This document shows, in pieces, positions 19,333-30,355 of a DNA stretch of 64,000 nucleotides. The notes under the pieces are model-generated. The model was not told the origin of the DNA. It ran no database searches and worked only from the letters and a program-made list of their open reading frames with translations. Within the stretch, counting starts at the first letter, position 1, and each line of letters opens with the position of its first letter. The stretch is from an uncultured Arcobacter sp. (GTDB taxonomy: Bacteria > Campylobacterota > Campylobacteria > Campylobacterales > Arcobacteraceae): NCBI GenBank assembly GCA_965140705.1, contig OZ223302.1:192001-256000 (forward strand), in the 5' to 3' direction. The translations under genes were made by a program, and so were the position numbers.

Positions 19333-20250
19333 TTATTTTAGTAAATCTTTGTTAGCACTCTCATGACCTAAATATTCATGTGCCAAATAAGAACTTCTAG
19401 CATATGGAGTTGAGTGTACAAATTCAAATCCTAAATCCATAGCAAGTTCTTTATATCTTGCGAATTGTTCTGGTTTTACATACTCAATTACTTTTGCATA
19501 ATCTCCACTTGGTGCTAAGTATTGTCCAATACTTAAAAATTTACAGCCAACAGCAACAAGGTCTTTAAATACTTGTACCATCTCTTCTTCTGTTTCACCC
19601 AATCCTACCATAAGAGCTGATTTAGTTTTGATTTTATCTCCACCTAGCTCTTTTAGTCTTTTTAATACTTCAAGTGATCTTTCATATGAAGCATTTTTTC
19701 TGATTTTATAAAATCTTGGTACTGTTTCAATATTGTGTCCAATAATAACAGCTCCAGAATCAACAACAGTTTGTAGTGATTCTTCTTTTGCTTTAAAATC
19801 AGGTATTAAAATCTCAACTTGAGTTCCTGGACATTTTTCTAAAATATCTTTTGTCACTCTATAAAATTGTTGTGCTCCACCATCAGGTAAATCATCTCTA
19901 GCAGGACTAGTTATAACCACAAATTTAAGTCCAAGATGTTTTACAGAAGTCGTAACTTTTTGTATCTCAGATAAATCAACTTCTGTTGGAAGTCCAGTTT
20001 TTACATTACAGTATGAACATCTTCTTGTACAAATATCACCAAGAATTAAAAATGTTGCATTTTTCTTAGCAAAACATTCACTTATATTTGGACATTTAGC
20101 TTCTTGACAAATTGTATGTAATCCACCCACATCTTTTAAAAGAGACTCCATCTCTTTTTGTGCACTTGGTGTTAATCTTTTTCTTAACCATTCTGGTTTT
20201 TTGAAATTTGCTTTTTTCTCAGCAAATTCCATATTAGTTGGCATAGTCAT
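19333..20250 (-). CDS. lipA: Lipoyl synthase
   Basis: CQEAKCPNISEC, CTRRCSYC radical-SAM motif, RSSY. Confidence 0.97.
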   Translation of the reverse strand: MTMPTNMEFAEKKANFKKPEWLRKRLTPSAQKEMESLLKDVGGLHTICQEAKCPNISECFAKKNATFLILGDICTRRCSYCNVKTGLPTEVDLSEIQKVTTSVKHLGLKFVVITSPARDDLPDGGAQQFYRVTKDILEKCPGTQVEILIPDFKAKEESLQTVVDSGAVIIGHNIETVPRFYKIRKNASYERSLEVLKRLKELGGDKIKTKSALMVGLGETEEEMVQVFKDLVAVGCKFLSIGQYLAPSGDYAKVIEYVKPEQFARYKELAMDLGFEFVHSTPYARSSYLAHEYLGHESANKDLLK

Positions 20251-21013
20251 ATTTATCCTTTAATAACTCTTCTTTTTTCTTTTTTTCTTTTTCATTTAAT
20301 TGTGAATCTATCAATTCTACTTTAAAACTTTCATTAAAAGATTCAATTAACAAATCTTTTGCTTCTTCATATGTTAGTTTGATTCCTAAGTCTTCTAAAC
20401 TTATTCCAAATCTTTCATCAATAGTGTTTTCATTTTTCAAATTTGTGTTACTTTTTTTCACACTGAATAAAGGAATTGAACCGTGTTGAAATATCACTTT
20501 TTTTGTTCTTCTTTGTGCATTTCCACCAATTTTTTGTCTATTTACCAAAATATCATAAGCTTCAAAACCCACTTGACAAAACTCATTTTTAGATAGATTT
20601 ACACTCTCATCATCTTTAGCAAAACTCGTTTTTAGACCCAATTTTTTATAAAAATTTAGCAAAAAATAACAAATCTTCTCATATGATTGTTTAATATTGT
20701 AACTTTTTAGCATAGGTGTTGGTATGACTAGAGAGTATGATAAATCATGACCATGAAATAATACTCCACCACCTGTAACTCTCTTAGCATAATTGCCATT
20801 ATACTCATCACAAAATGAATAAGAAGAAAAGTCCTGTGAAACCCCTATAGTAAATGATTTAGACCAATGATAAACTCTTAAAATAGCTTTATCATTTTCT
20901 TCAAAAGATGATATCAATGCATCATCTATTGCCATATTTACTCTAGCAGAATTTTCACCATCTTTTATAACTCTAAATGAGCTTTTTTCTTCTATCATAT
21001 AAACCTTTTCCAA
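20234..21013 (-). CDS. Lipoate-protein ligase / octanoyltransferase (LplA/LipM-like)
   Basis: NMAIDDAL, RVTGGGVLFH, KIGGNAQRR, QHGSI. Confidence 0.88.
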   Translation of the reverse strand: MEKVYMIEEKSSFRVIKDGENSARVNMAIDDALISSFEENDKAILRVYHWSKSFTIGVSQDFSSYSFCDEYNGNYAKRVTGGGVLFHGHDLSYSLVIPTPMLKSYNIKQSYEKICYFLLNFYKKLGLKTSFAKDDESVNLSKNEFCQVGFEAYDILVNRQKIGGNAQRRTKKVIFQHGSIPLFSVKKSNTNLKNENTIDERFGISLEDLGIKLTYEEAKDLLIESFNESFKVELIDSQLNEKEKKKKEELLKDKYDYAN

Positions 21014-21325
21014 ATAAAAAATAATTATTTTTATCTTAAACTTAAATTTTAATTAATATTTTACATATTTTTAACATATTTTTCTAGTAAAATATACAAA
21101 AATTTGTTGTTTTTTCATTATATTTGATAATATTTCTAATATAACTTAGTTTAAAATATTAATTTTTTAATTTAAGTTTAAAATAATTAGAAATAAGTAC
21201 CATATGACCACAATTCGATAAACTCGATAATGGGCTTACATTATTTTTACATTTTGGACATATGTTCACCAGTAAATATAGAGAAAATCGCAATTTCTAT
21301 TAAAAAATCTAACAAGGATTACGAA

Positions 21326-24010
21326 ATGTCAGTTGAAAACTTAAACGATGTCTTGAAAGATCTTGATCCGCAAGAAACACAAGAATGGATTGATGCTTTA
21401 GAAGCAGTTATTGAAGAAGAAGGAAGCGAAAGAGCTCATTTTCTTTTAGAAAAACTTATTGATAAAGCAAGAAGAAGTGGAGCATATTTACCATATAATG
21501 CAACTACTGCTTATTTAAATACTATTCCAGTAGAACAAGAACCTAAAATGCCAGGTAACTTATCACTAGAGAGAAAAATAAGATCTATCATTAGATGGAA
21601 TGCACAACTTATGGTTTTAAGGGGTTCTAAAAAAGATTTAGAATTAGGTGGACATATCGCATCTTTTCAATCTTCTGCAACATTATATGATGTTGGATTT
21701 AACCACTTTTTTAAAGCACCAAATGAAAAAGATGGTGGAGATTTAATATTTTTCCAAGGACATATCTCTCCAGGTATTTATGCAAGAAGTTTTTTAGAAG
21801 GTAGACTTACACAAGAACAATTAGATAACTTTAGACAAGAAGTTGATGGTAAAGGATTATCTTCATACCCACACCCAAGACTTATGCCAACATATTGGCA
21901 ATTTCCAACTGTATCTATGGGATTAGGACCTATTCAAGCTATTTATCAAGCAAGATTTTTAAAATACTTAACTGATAGAGGAATCAAAGATTGTTCTAAT
22001 CAAAAGATTTATTGTTTCATGGGTGATGGTGAGTGTGACGAACCAGAATCATTAGGAGCAATTGGATTAGCTGGAAGAGAAGGATTAGAAAACTTAATTT
22101 TTGTTATTAACTGTAACTTACAAAGACTTGACGGACCAGTTAGAGGAAATGGAAAAATTATCCAAGAACTTGAAGGTGAATTTAGAGGTGCTGGATGGGA
22201 AGTACTTAAAGTTATCTGGGGAAGCAAATGGGATGAACTATTAGCTAAAGATACATCTGGAAAACTACTAGAACTTATGGAAGAGACTGTTGATGGTGAG
22301 TACCAAAACTTTAAACAAAAAGGTGGAGCTTACACAAGAGAAAAATTCTTCAACAAATACCCTGAAACTGCAAAACTTGTAGAAAATATGAGTGATGATG
22401 AAATTTGGATGTTAAACAGAGGTGGACACGATCCAGTTAAAGTTTATGCAGCATACAAAAAAGCAAATGAAACTAAAGGTAGACCATCTGTTATCTTAGC
22501 TAAGACTGTAAAAGGTTACGGTATGGGTGAAGCTGCTGAAGGTAAAAATATTGCCCATGGTGTTAAAAAAGTAGATTTAAAATCTTTAAGACAATTTAGA
22601 GATAGATTTGATATTCCTGTGACTGATGAAGAAATTGAAAAATTACCATACTATTTACCACCTGAAGATTCAGAAGAGATGAAATATATCAAAGAAAAAA
22701 GAGCTGCACTTGGTGGATTTGTTCCACAAAGAAGAGAAGCCTTTACTGAAAAACTTGAAATTCCAGAATTAAGCGCTTTTGATGCTATTTTACAAGGAAG
22801 TGGTGATAGAGAAATTTCTACTACTATGGCATTTGTAAGAGTTTTAAATACACTTGTTAAAGACAAAAAAATTGGAAAAAGAATTGTTCCTATCGTTCCT
22901 GATGAAGCTAGAACATTCGGTATGGAAGGTATGTTTAGACAACTTGGTATTTATGCAGCTGAGGGTCAAAAATATATCCCACAAGATAAAGATCAAGTGG
23001 CATACTATAAAGAAGATAAAAAAGGTCAAGTACTACAAGAAGGTATTAATGAGTTAGGTTCAATGGGTTCTTGGATAGCAGCAGCTACTTCATACTCAAT
23101 CAATGATTGTCCTATGATTCCATTTTATATTTTCTACTCAATGTTTGGATTCCAAAGAACAGGTGATATGTGTTGGGCAGCGGGAGATCAAAAAGCAAAA
23201 GGTTTCTTAATCGGTGGAACATCTGGTAGAACTACACTTAATGGTGAAGGTTTACAACATGAAGATGGACATTCTCATATTATTGCTAATACTATTCCAA
23301 ATTGTGTTACTTATGACCCAACATTTGGTTATGAAGTTGCAGTTATTGTTCAAGATGGTGTTAGAAGAATGTATGGTGAAACACAAGAAGATGTATTCTA
23401 CTACATTACAACATTAAATGAAAATTACCACCAACCAGCAATGCCAAAAGGTGCTGAAGAAGGTATCAAAAAAGGTATTTATAAATTAGAAACTGTAAAA
23501 GCTAAAAATAACTATAAAGTTAATTTATTAGGTTCAGGTTCAATTTTACAACAAGTTAGAACTGCTGCTAAAGTATTAGCAGATGATTATGGAATTGCAA
23601 GTGATATTTACTCAGTTACTTCTTACAATGAATTAACAAGAGATGCACAAGATGTAGAGAGATCTAATATGTTAGATATTAATGGAAAAGATAAAGTTCC
23701 TTATGTAACACAAGTATTAGGTGATGACGAAGAGTCAATCTTTATATCAGCAACTGATTATATGAAATCATATTCTGAGCAAATTAGCCCTTATTTAAAA
23801 GGTAGCTTCAAAGCTTTAGGAACTGATGGATTTGGTAGAAGTGATAGTAGAGCTAACTTAAGAAGTTTCTTTGAAGTTGATTCTGACTTTATTGTATTTA
23901 CTACTTTATCACAACTTGTTAAAAATGGTAAATTGAAAAAATCTATTTTAGCTGATGCTATGAAAAAACATAACATCAACCCAGACAAAATTAACCCAGT
24001 AAAAGCATAA
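21326..24010 (+). CDS. aceE: Pyruvate dehydrogenase E1, homodimeric type
   Basis: DLDPQETQEW, GGHIASFQS, QFPTVSMGLGP, GDGECDE ThDP motif; ATG at 21326 has an AAGGA SD. Confidence 0.97.
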   Translation: MSVENLNDVLKDLDPQETQEWIDALEAVIEEEGSERAHFLLEKLIDKARRSGAYLPYNATTAYLNTIPVEQEPKMPGNLSLERKIRSIIRWNAQLMVLRGSKKDLELGGHIASFQSSATLYDVGFNHFFKAPNEKDGGDLIFFQGHISPGIYARSFLEGRLTQEQLDNFRQEVDGKGLSSYPHPRLMPTYWQFPTVSMGLGPIQAIYQARFLKYLTDRGIKDCSNQKIYCFMGDGECDEPESLGAIGLAGREGLENLIFVINCNLQRLDGPVRGNGKIIQELEGEFRGAGWEVLKVIWGSKWDELLAKDTSGKLLELMEETVDGEYQNFKQKGGAYTREKFFNKYPETAKLVENMSDDEIWMLNRGGHDPVKVYAAYKKANETKGRPSVILAKTVKGYGMGEAAEGKNIAHGVKKVDLKSLRQFRDRFDIPVTDEEIEKLPYYLPPEDSEEMKYIKEKRAALGGFVPQRREAFTEKLEIPELSAFDAILQGSGDREISTTMAFVRVLNTLVKDKKIGKRIVPIVPDEARTFGMEGMFRQLGIYAAEGQKYIPQDKDQVAYYKEDKKGQVLQEGINELGSMGSWIAAATSYSINDCPMIPFYIFYSMFGFQRTGDMCWAAGDQKAKGFLIGGTSGRTTLNGEGLQHEDGHSHIIANTIPNCVTYDPTFGYEVAVIVQDGVRRMYGETQEDVFYYITTLNENYHQPAMPKGAEEGIKKGIYKLETVKAKNNYKVNLLGSGSILQQVRTAAKVLADDYGIASDIYSVTSYNELTRDAQDVERSNMLDINGKDKVPYVTQVLGDDEESIFISATDYMKSYSEQISPYLKGSFKALGTDGFGRSDSRANLRSFFEVDSDFIVFTTLSQLVKNGKLKKSILADAMKKHNINPDKINPVKA

Positions 24011-24020
24011 GGAGTAGAAA

Positions 24021-25748
24021 ATGAGTACAATTCAAGATATTTATATTCCTGATTTAGGTGCTGACAAAGATGTTGATTTAATTGATGTTATGGTTAGTGT
24101 TGGTGATACAGTTGAAGTTGAAGATGGTTTAATTACACTTGAAACTGAAAAAGCATCTATGGATGTTCCTACAACTCATGCGGGTGTTATAAAAGAGATA
24201 CTTGTAAAGGTTGGAGATAAAGTAAATTCTGGTGATTTAATTGCAAGAGTTGAAATTCAAGATGAAGCAAGTGAAGAAGCAGCTCCAGCTGAAACTGCGG
24301 CATCAGCTCCTAAAGCAGAAGAGAAAACAGAAGCACCAGCTGCTTCTGCTCCTGCTAGTTCAGAACCAATGGATTTAAAATCAGCAGAAGCAGAACTTCA
24401 AGCAATTTCAGCTTCAGGTGCACAAGTTTCTTGTCAACTAATCCAAGATCAAACTATTTGTTCAGTAATTGAAGAAGTTCGTATTCCTGATTTAGGTGCA
24501 GATAAAGATGTTGATTTAATCGACATAATGGTTAATGTAGGTGATACAGTTGAAGCAGAACACGGTTTAATTACACTTGAGACTGAAAAAGCATCTATGG
24601 ATGTTCCAGCACCTTTTGCAGGTGAGATTTTAGAACTTTTTGTTAAAGTTGGAGATAAAGTAAATTCTGATGATTTAATTGCTAAGATGGTTAAAACTGT
24701 AGTTATGGAAAGTAAAGTTCCAACTCCAGCACAAGCACCTAAGCAAGAAGCTCCAAAAGAAGAGAAAAAAACACCTGCAACTTTACAAGCAGCTGTTGCG
24801 ACATCAACTGTTAAAGAAGAGACAAGTGTATTATCTCAAAAAGCTAAAAAAGTTTATGCAAGTCCAAGTGTAAGAAAAATAGCAAGAGAATTTGGTGTTG
24901 ATTTAGGTTTTGTAAAAGGAAGCGCTAAAAAAGGTAGAATTCTAAAAGAAGATATTAAAGCTTATGTAAAAGAGCAACTAAATAAACCAGCAAGTGCATC
25001 TGGAAGCGGATTAGGATTTAATCTACCAGAACTTAAAGAAGTAGATTTCTCACAATTTGGTGAAATTGAAACTGTTGAGTTAGGTAGAATCCAAAAAATT
25101 TCAGGACCAAGTTTACATAGAAATTGGTTAGCAATGCCTCATGTAACACAATTTGATGAAGCTGATATTACAGAATTAGAAAGCTTTAGAAAAGCACAAA
25201 ATGCTATTGCTGATGGATTTAAACTTTCTCCTTTAGTATTTGTGGTTAAAGCTGTGGCAAAAGCCTTAGCTATTCATCCTAAATTTAATTCATCATTAAG
25301 TGCTGATGGTCAAAACTTAATTATGAAAAAATATTTCCATATTGCTATTGCAGTTGATACTCCAAATGGTCTTATGGTTCCAGTTATTAGAGATGTTGAT
25401 AAAAAAGGATTTAAAGAGATTGCTATTGAGATGGCTGAGCTTTCACAAAGAGCAAGAGATGGTAAACTAAAAGCTGCTGATATGCAAGGTGCTTCATTTA
25501 CAATCTCTTCTTTAGGTGGAATTGGTGGAACTAAATTTACTCCAATTATCAATGCTCCTGAAGTTGCAATCTTAGGATTATCAAAATCTGAAATGAAACC
25601 AGTATGGGATGGTGAAAATTTCATACCAAGATTAACTTTACCGTTATCTTTATCTTATGACCACAAAGTAATTGATGGTGCTGATGGTGCAAGATTTACA
25701 ACTACATTGTCACAACTATTAAGTGATATTAGACTACTAAGTCTGTAA
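24021..25748 (+). CDS. aceF: Dihydrolipoyl acetyltransferase E2 with two lipoyl domains
   Basis: Two [11 protein letters not shown] motifs, [12 protein letters not shown]3-binding domain, [10 protein letters not shown] catalytic motif. Confidence 0.96.
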   Translation: MSTIQDIYIPDLGADKDVDLIDVMVSVGDTVEVEDGLITLETEKASMDVPTTHAGVIKEILVKVGDKVNSGDLIARVEIQDEASEEAAPAETAASAPKAEEKTEAPAASAPASSEPMDLKSAEAELQAISASGAQVSCQLIQDQTICSVIEEVRIPDLGADKDVDLIDIMVNVGDTVEAEHGLITLETEKASMDVPAPFAGEILELFVKVGDKVNSDDLIAKMVKTVVMESKVPTPAQAPKQEAPKEEKKTPATLQAAVATSTVKEETSVLSQKAKKVYASPSVRKIAREFGVDLGFVKGSAKKGRILKEDIKAYVKEQLNKPASASGSGLGFNLPELKEVDFSQFGEIETVELGRIQKISGPSLHRNWLAMPHVTQFDEADITELESFRKAQNAIADGFKLSPLVFVVKAVAKALAIHPKFNSSLSADGQNLIMKKYFHIAIAVDTPNGLMVPVIRDVDKKGFKEIAIEMAELSQRARDGKLKAADMQGASFTISSLGGIGGTKFTPIINAPEVAILGLSKSEMKPVWDGENFIPRLTLPLSLSYDHKVIDGADGARFTTTLSQLLSDIRLLSL

Positions 25749-25757
25749 GGAAAAAGA

Positions 25758-27524
25758 ATGAGTAAAATTATAGATATTTTAATTCCAGATTTAGGTGCAG
25801 ACAAAGATGTTGACTTAATTGATGTAATGGTTAACATTGGAGATAAAGTAGAAGAAGAAGATGGACTTATTACCCTAGAGACTGAAAAAGCCTCTATGGA
25901 TGTTCCAACGACTCATGCTGGTACTATAAAAGAGATACTTGTAAAAGTGGGAGATAAAGTAAATTCTGGTGATTTAATTGCTAAAATTGAAGTTGAAGAC
26001 GAAGCTTCAGCTACTCCTGCTGTTGAAGAAAAAGTACAAGAAGCACCAGCTGCTGCAAAACCAGCAAAAACTTCTACAAACACTGATGGTGCAGAAGAAA
26101 TCAAAGGTCAAGTACTAGTAATAGGAGCAGGACCTGGTGGTTATTCTGCTGCATTTAGATGTGCTGATTTAGGTTTAGATACAGTTTTAGTAGAAAGATA
26201 TACAACTTTAGGTGGAGTTTGTCTAAATGTTGGTTGTATCCCTTCTAAAGCACTTCTTCACGTAGCAAAAGTTATGGAAGAAGCAGAACATATTGAACAT
26301 GCAGGAATCAAATTTGCAAAACCTGAGATTGATTTACCAAGTATAGCAGCTTATAAAAGTGGCGTTGTAAAAAAACTAACTGATGGTTTAAGTGCAATGT
26401 CTAAAATGAGAAAAGTAACAGTAGTTCAAGGTTATGCTAAATTTTTAGATAAAAACTCTGTTATTGTTGAGCACACTGATGTTGAAGGTAAACAAACAAA
26501 AGTCTCTTTTGATAATTGTATTATCGCAGCTGGAAGCCAAAGCTCAAAAATGTCATTTATTCCACATGAAGATCCTAGAATTTGGGATTCTACTGATGCC
26601 TTAGAAGTAAAAGAAGTACCAAAAAGACTTCTAGTTATGGGTGGAGGAATCATTGGACTTGAGATGGGAACTGTTTATCAAAAACTAGGAAGTCAAGTTG
26701 ATTTTGTGGTACGTGGTAAACAACTAATGAGTGGAACGGATGCTGATATAGTTAAAATGTATACTAAATCAAATACAAAAAGATTTAATATAATGTTTGA
26801 AACTCAAGCACAATCAATCATTCCTAAACAAGATGGTGTTTATGTTGAATTCAAAGGTAAAAATGCTCCTGAAGGTGCTGTAGTTTATGATGCGATTCTT
26901 GTTGCAATGGGAAGAAGTGCAAATGGTAATAAACTAGACCTTCAAAATTGTGGTGTAAATGTTGATGATTATGGAATCATAAAAGTTGACAATCAAATGA
27001 GAACAAATGTACCTAATATCTACGCAATTGGAGATATTGTTGGTCAACCTATGCTTGCACATAAAGCAGTACATGAAGGTCATGTAGCAGCTGAAGTAAT
27101 AGCAGGTGAAAAAGTCTTCTTTGAACCAAAACAAATTCCATCTATCGCTTATACTTTCCCAGAAATCGCTTGGGCTGGTATGACTGAAAATGAAGCAAAA
27201 GCTGCTGGAGTTAACTATGAAGTAGCAACTTTCCCTTGGTCTGCATCTGGTAGAGCATTGGCAAGTGATGTTTCAAGTGATGGTATGACTAAACTTATTT
27301 TTGATAAAGATACTCACCAACTAATTGGTGGAGCACTTGTTGGAGATAATGCAGGTGAATTGCTTGGTGAAATTTCACTAGCACTTGAAATGGATTGTGA
27401 TGCAGAAGATATTGCTCTAACTATTCATGCACACCCTACTTTACACGAATCAGTTGGTATGGCAGCTGAAATATTTCATGGAAGTATTACAGACTTACCA
27501 AACGCAAAAGCTAAAAAGAGATAA
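25758..27524 (+). CDS. lpdA: Dihydrolipoamide dehydrogenase with N-terminal lipoyl domain
   Basis: [38 protein letters not shown]. Confidence 0.96.
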   Translation: MSKIIDILIPDLGADKDVDLIDVMVNIGDKVEEEDGLITLETEKASMDVPTTHAGTIKEILVKVGDKVNSGDLIAKIEVEDEASATPAVEEKVQEAPAAAKPAKTSTNTDGAEEIKGQVLVIGAGPGGYSAAFRCADLGLDTVLVERYTTLGGVCLNVGCIPSKALLHVAKVMEEAEHIEHAGIKFAKPEIDLPSIAAYKSGVVKKLTDGLSAMSKMRKVTVVQGYAKFLDKNSVIVEHTDVEGKQTKVSFDNCIIAAGSQSSKMSFIPHEDPRIWDSTDALEVKEVPKRLLVMGGGIIGLEMGTVYQKLGSQVDFVVRGKQLMSGTDADIVKMYTKSNTKRFNIMFETQAQSIIPKQDGVYVEFKGKNAPEGAVVYDAILVAMGRSANGNKLDLQNCGVNVDDYGIIKVDNQMRTNVPNIYAIGDIVGQPMLAHKAVHEGHVAAEVIAGEKVFFEPKQIPSIAYTFPEIAWAGMTENEAKAAGVNYEVATFPWSASGRALASDVSSDGMTKLIFDKDTHQLIGGALVGDNAGELLGEISLALEMDCDAEDIALTIHAHPTLHESVGMAAEIFHGSITDLPNAKAKKR

Positions 27525-27553
27525 ATCTCTTTTTAGTTATGTTATAATTATGT

Positions 27554-28111
27554 ATGACATTTTACAACATACTAGATTTTATATTCTTTTTAATACTATT
27601 TTTCCTAATTTATCACTCTTATGTACAAAAAACATATCTAAAAATCTTTGAATATTTTAAAATCTTTATTATACTTTCAATCTCAGCAAAACTTGCTCCT
27701 GAAAGTGCAACCTTATTACAAAAGTTTCATATAACAAAAGCAGATACATACACTACACTTATATTAATCGCTTTTATTATAAATTTATTAATACTATATT
27801 TTGGCTGGGATTTTATTTTTAAAGTAGCTTCAAAATTTGTTGATAGTCAAAATATCAAATCTTTGTTAGCAAAAGTTATAACAATTGTAGAGATAACTAT
27901 TTTAACTACACTTTTTTTATATACAGTAATGCAATTTTATCCTGCAAAAAAATATATTTATCCTTCTGTAAAAAAGAGTTATACTTATCCAAAAATTGAG
28001 AAGTTTTATACCCACTTTTTAAATGATAACTTTGTCTTTATGATACTAAATCAAGATACTGCTACAAACCATAAAGAATTACTCTTTAAAAGCTTTAAAA
28101 ATAGTTTCTAA
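27554..28111 (+). CDS. CvpA-like membrane protein
   Basis: N-terminal NILDFIF and four-TM layout; weak resemblance only. Confidence 0.5.
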   Translation: MTFYNILDFIFFLILFFLIYHSYVQKTYLKIFEYFKIFIILSISAKLAPESATLLQKFHITKADTYTTLILIAFIINLLILYFGWDFIFKVASKFVDSQNIKSLLAKVITIVEITILTTLFLYTVMQFYPAKKYIYPSVKKSYTYPKIEKFYTHFLNDNFVFMILNQDTATNHKELLFKSFKNSF

Positions 28112-28613
28112 GTTCACTTGCCCAAGCAACATAAGCTTTCATATTTAGATGCAAGCCATCAGTTGTATAAATATTTAATAAAACCTCATCCCTTGATAAT
28201 ACTTTATTTAAATCAACATAGGTAAGATTATTATCATTGCAATACTTTTCAAGTCTAATATTTATCTCTTTTACTTTTTTATTAAAAGAGGTCATTTGTG
28301 TATAAAGTATAGATTGTACAAAAATTTTTGAAGAGGACTCTTTTTCCAATCTATTTAATATTTTTATGTAATTCTCAAAGATTTTATCTAAGCTTTTGTA
28401 GGAATTCATATCATTAATACCAATCATTAAGAAAATATTTTTAGAATGAACTTCAATAGCTAAATTTAATCTAGCTAGAATATCACTTGTAGTATCGGCA
28501 TCATGTCCAAGGTTGATAACTTTTTTAGGATAAAGAATAACATCCCACTCTCCTCTGGCTGTAAGAGAGTCACCTAACATTACTATATCAATATTATTTT
28601 TCATCTTTCCCAA
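28095..28613 (-). CDS. GDSL/SGNH lipase-acylhydrolase
   Basis: GDSLT, GIND, DGLH. Confidence 0.9.
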   Translation of the reverse strand: MGKMKNNIDIVMLGDSLTARGEWDVILYPKKVINLGHDADTTSDILARLNLAIEVHSKNIFLMIGINDMNSYKSLDKIFENYIKILNRLEKESSSKIFVQSILYTQMTSFNKKVKEINIRLEKYCNDNNLTYVDLNKVLSRDEVLLNIYTTDGLHLNMKAYVAWASELRNYF

Positions 28614-28650
28614 CTTTATACTTTATTGATATATTTTATTAGTCTTTGGC

Positions 28651-29298
28651 TTATTCCTTTATCAAACTTTTATTTAATCTATATATTGTAAGAGTAAGTT
28701 TATCAATAAAACTTTTGTGATGGGATACTATTATCATAGATTTTTTTATGGAATTTAATATCTCACATATAGTATTTTCACTCTTTTCATCTAAATCGTT
28801 CGTAGGTTCATCTAGAAGCAATATTTTAGGTTTGGTAATAAGAATACCAGCTAAGGCAACAATCTTCTGCTCACCGCCACTTAAATCGTGTATAACCCTA
28901 TCTTTTAGCTTCTTTATATTTAGACTTTCTAAAACTTCAATAGCTTTTTCATAAGATTCATCTTTTGATACACCTTTTGCCCTTAAAGCAAACATCACAT
29001 CTTCTATTACAGTGGGGCATAAAAAGTGATTTGAAACATCTTGGGGTAGATATCCTATATCACTTCTATATTTTCTAAAATCTTTTGAGGAGTTCATCTT
29101 ATCATGAAATATTTCAATATATCCAGATGAAGGAGAGATTAGACCTGCAATTATTTTAAGTAAAGTACTTTTACCACTTCCATTTGCTCCAACAACAGCA
29201 ACTTTTTCTTCATGTCCTACATTTAAATTTATATTTTCCAATAAACTTTTGCTTTCACACAAATAGTTCACATCTACTACAGTTACAGAACAACTCAT
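28651..29298 (-). CDS. cbiO: Co/Ni ECF transporter ATPase (CbiO/NikO-like)
   Basis: GANGSGKS, LSGGE, LLLDEP; in operon with cbiM/cbiQ. Confidence 0.8.
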   Translation of the reverse strand: MSCSVTVVDVNYLCESKSLLENINLNVGHEEKVAVVGANGSGKSTLLKIIAGLISPSSGYIEIFHDKMNSSKDFRKYRSDIGYLPQDVSNHFLCPTVIEDVMFALRAKGVSKDESYEKAIEVLESLNIKKLKDRVIHDLSGGEQKIVALAGILITKPKILLLDEPTNDLDEKSENTICEILNSIKKSMIIVSHHKSFIDKLTLTIYRLNKSLIKE

Positions 29299-29942
29299 AA
29301 ATTTACCACCATTTTATTTATTACTACTACAAAAACTAAGATTGAAAGAAAGATATAGTTTTTATTTTTTGAGGGCATTTCTAATAAATAAATCTCACCA
29401 TTAAATCCCCTTGAGATCAAACTATCTCTCATCTCTTCTGATTTTCTAACTGACTTTATGAACATCATTGCAAATACATTCCCATATGTTTGATAGCTAA
29501 AAAGGTTACTTCTTGCATGAAAGCCCCTAAGTCTAAGTGTTGCTTTTATTGTTTTAAATTCTTTAAAAAGATACTCAATCATCACAATAGTAAAATAAAA
29601 TATTGTCACAAATTTTTTGGGAAATCGAAGTGAATTAAAACCTCTTACTATGTCATAGCCCTTTGATTTATAAAAAACAAGTAGATTAAATAGTAAAATA
29701 AGATTCGTTCTAAAGAAGAGTTCAATGGCTTTATTCACATCATGAAAAGATACAAAAATCACTAAAAATATTATAAATAAATTTATTAAAGCAAGTTTTT
29801 TAAGTATCTTCAAGACCTCTTTATACTCCACTACTACCATATATAAAATTGGTAATAAATAGATGTACTCTAGGTCTGAAGAAAAAGCTACAATGCTAGA
29901 ATAAATAAGTGAAACTAATAATTTAACTGGGTATTCGTTCAT
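29295..29942 (-). CDS. cbiQ: ECF transporter T component (CbiQ/NikQ-like)
   Basis: Membrane protein with two xRGF motifs (LRGF, SRGF). Confidence 0.8.
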   Translation of the reverse strand: MNEYPVKLLVSLIYSSIVAFSSDLEYIYLLPILYMVVVEYKEVLKILKKLALINLFIIFLVIFVSFHDVNKAIELFFRTNLILLFNLLVFYKSKGYDIVRGFNSLRFPKKFVTIFYFTIVMIEYLFKEFKTIKATLRLRGFHARSNLFSYQTYGNVFAMMFIKSVRKSEEMRDSLISRGFNGEIYLLEMPSKNKNYIFLSILVFVVVINKMVVNL

Positions 29943-30355
29943 TTTCTCTTTACTTTTTTAATTAGAAAAAATATTATACCAATTAAAAATAAAGAAATAA
30001 CTATTTTATAATACTTTTGAGTCTCCTCTTCTTGTATATGTTTTGTTAGGCTTTGGATATGTGGCTTTGAAACTTCTATCTTCTCTTGTGCCATATGACC
30101 ACCTTCAGCATCAACTATTACATCTATATTTTTATACTTTGAATTATATATGTATTTTCCCTTATTATCAAGTTTATCTTCAAATACAATTTTATCTTTG
30201 TTTTTTATGATTAATCTACAGTTTTGACAAACTGCTCCACTTGCAAAATAAGCAAAAACATGTACATTGCTATCTTCATTTGTTAAAAATACATTTAATT
30301 TATGAGCCCATACACTAGAAAATAGTATTAAAATTATAAAAATATATTTCATCAT
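29939..30355 (-). CDS. Accessory Co/Ni transport protein (CbiL/NikL-like)
   Basis: Signal peptide then AHKLNVF, GGH motif, C-terminal TM; operon position. Confidence 0.6.
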   Translation of the reverse strand: MMKYIFIILILFSSVWAHKLNVFLTNEDSNVHVFAYFASGAVCQNCRLIIKNKDKIVFEDKLDNKGKYIYNSKYKNIDVIVDAEGGHMAQEKIEVSKPHIQSLTKHIQEEETQKYYKIVISLFLIGIIFFLIKKVKRK

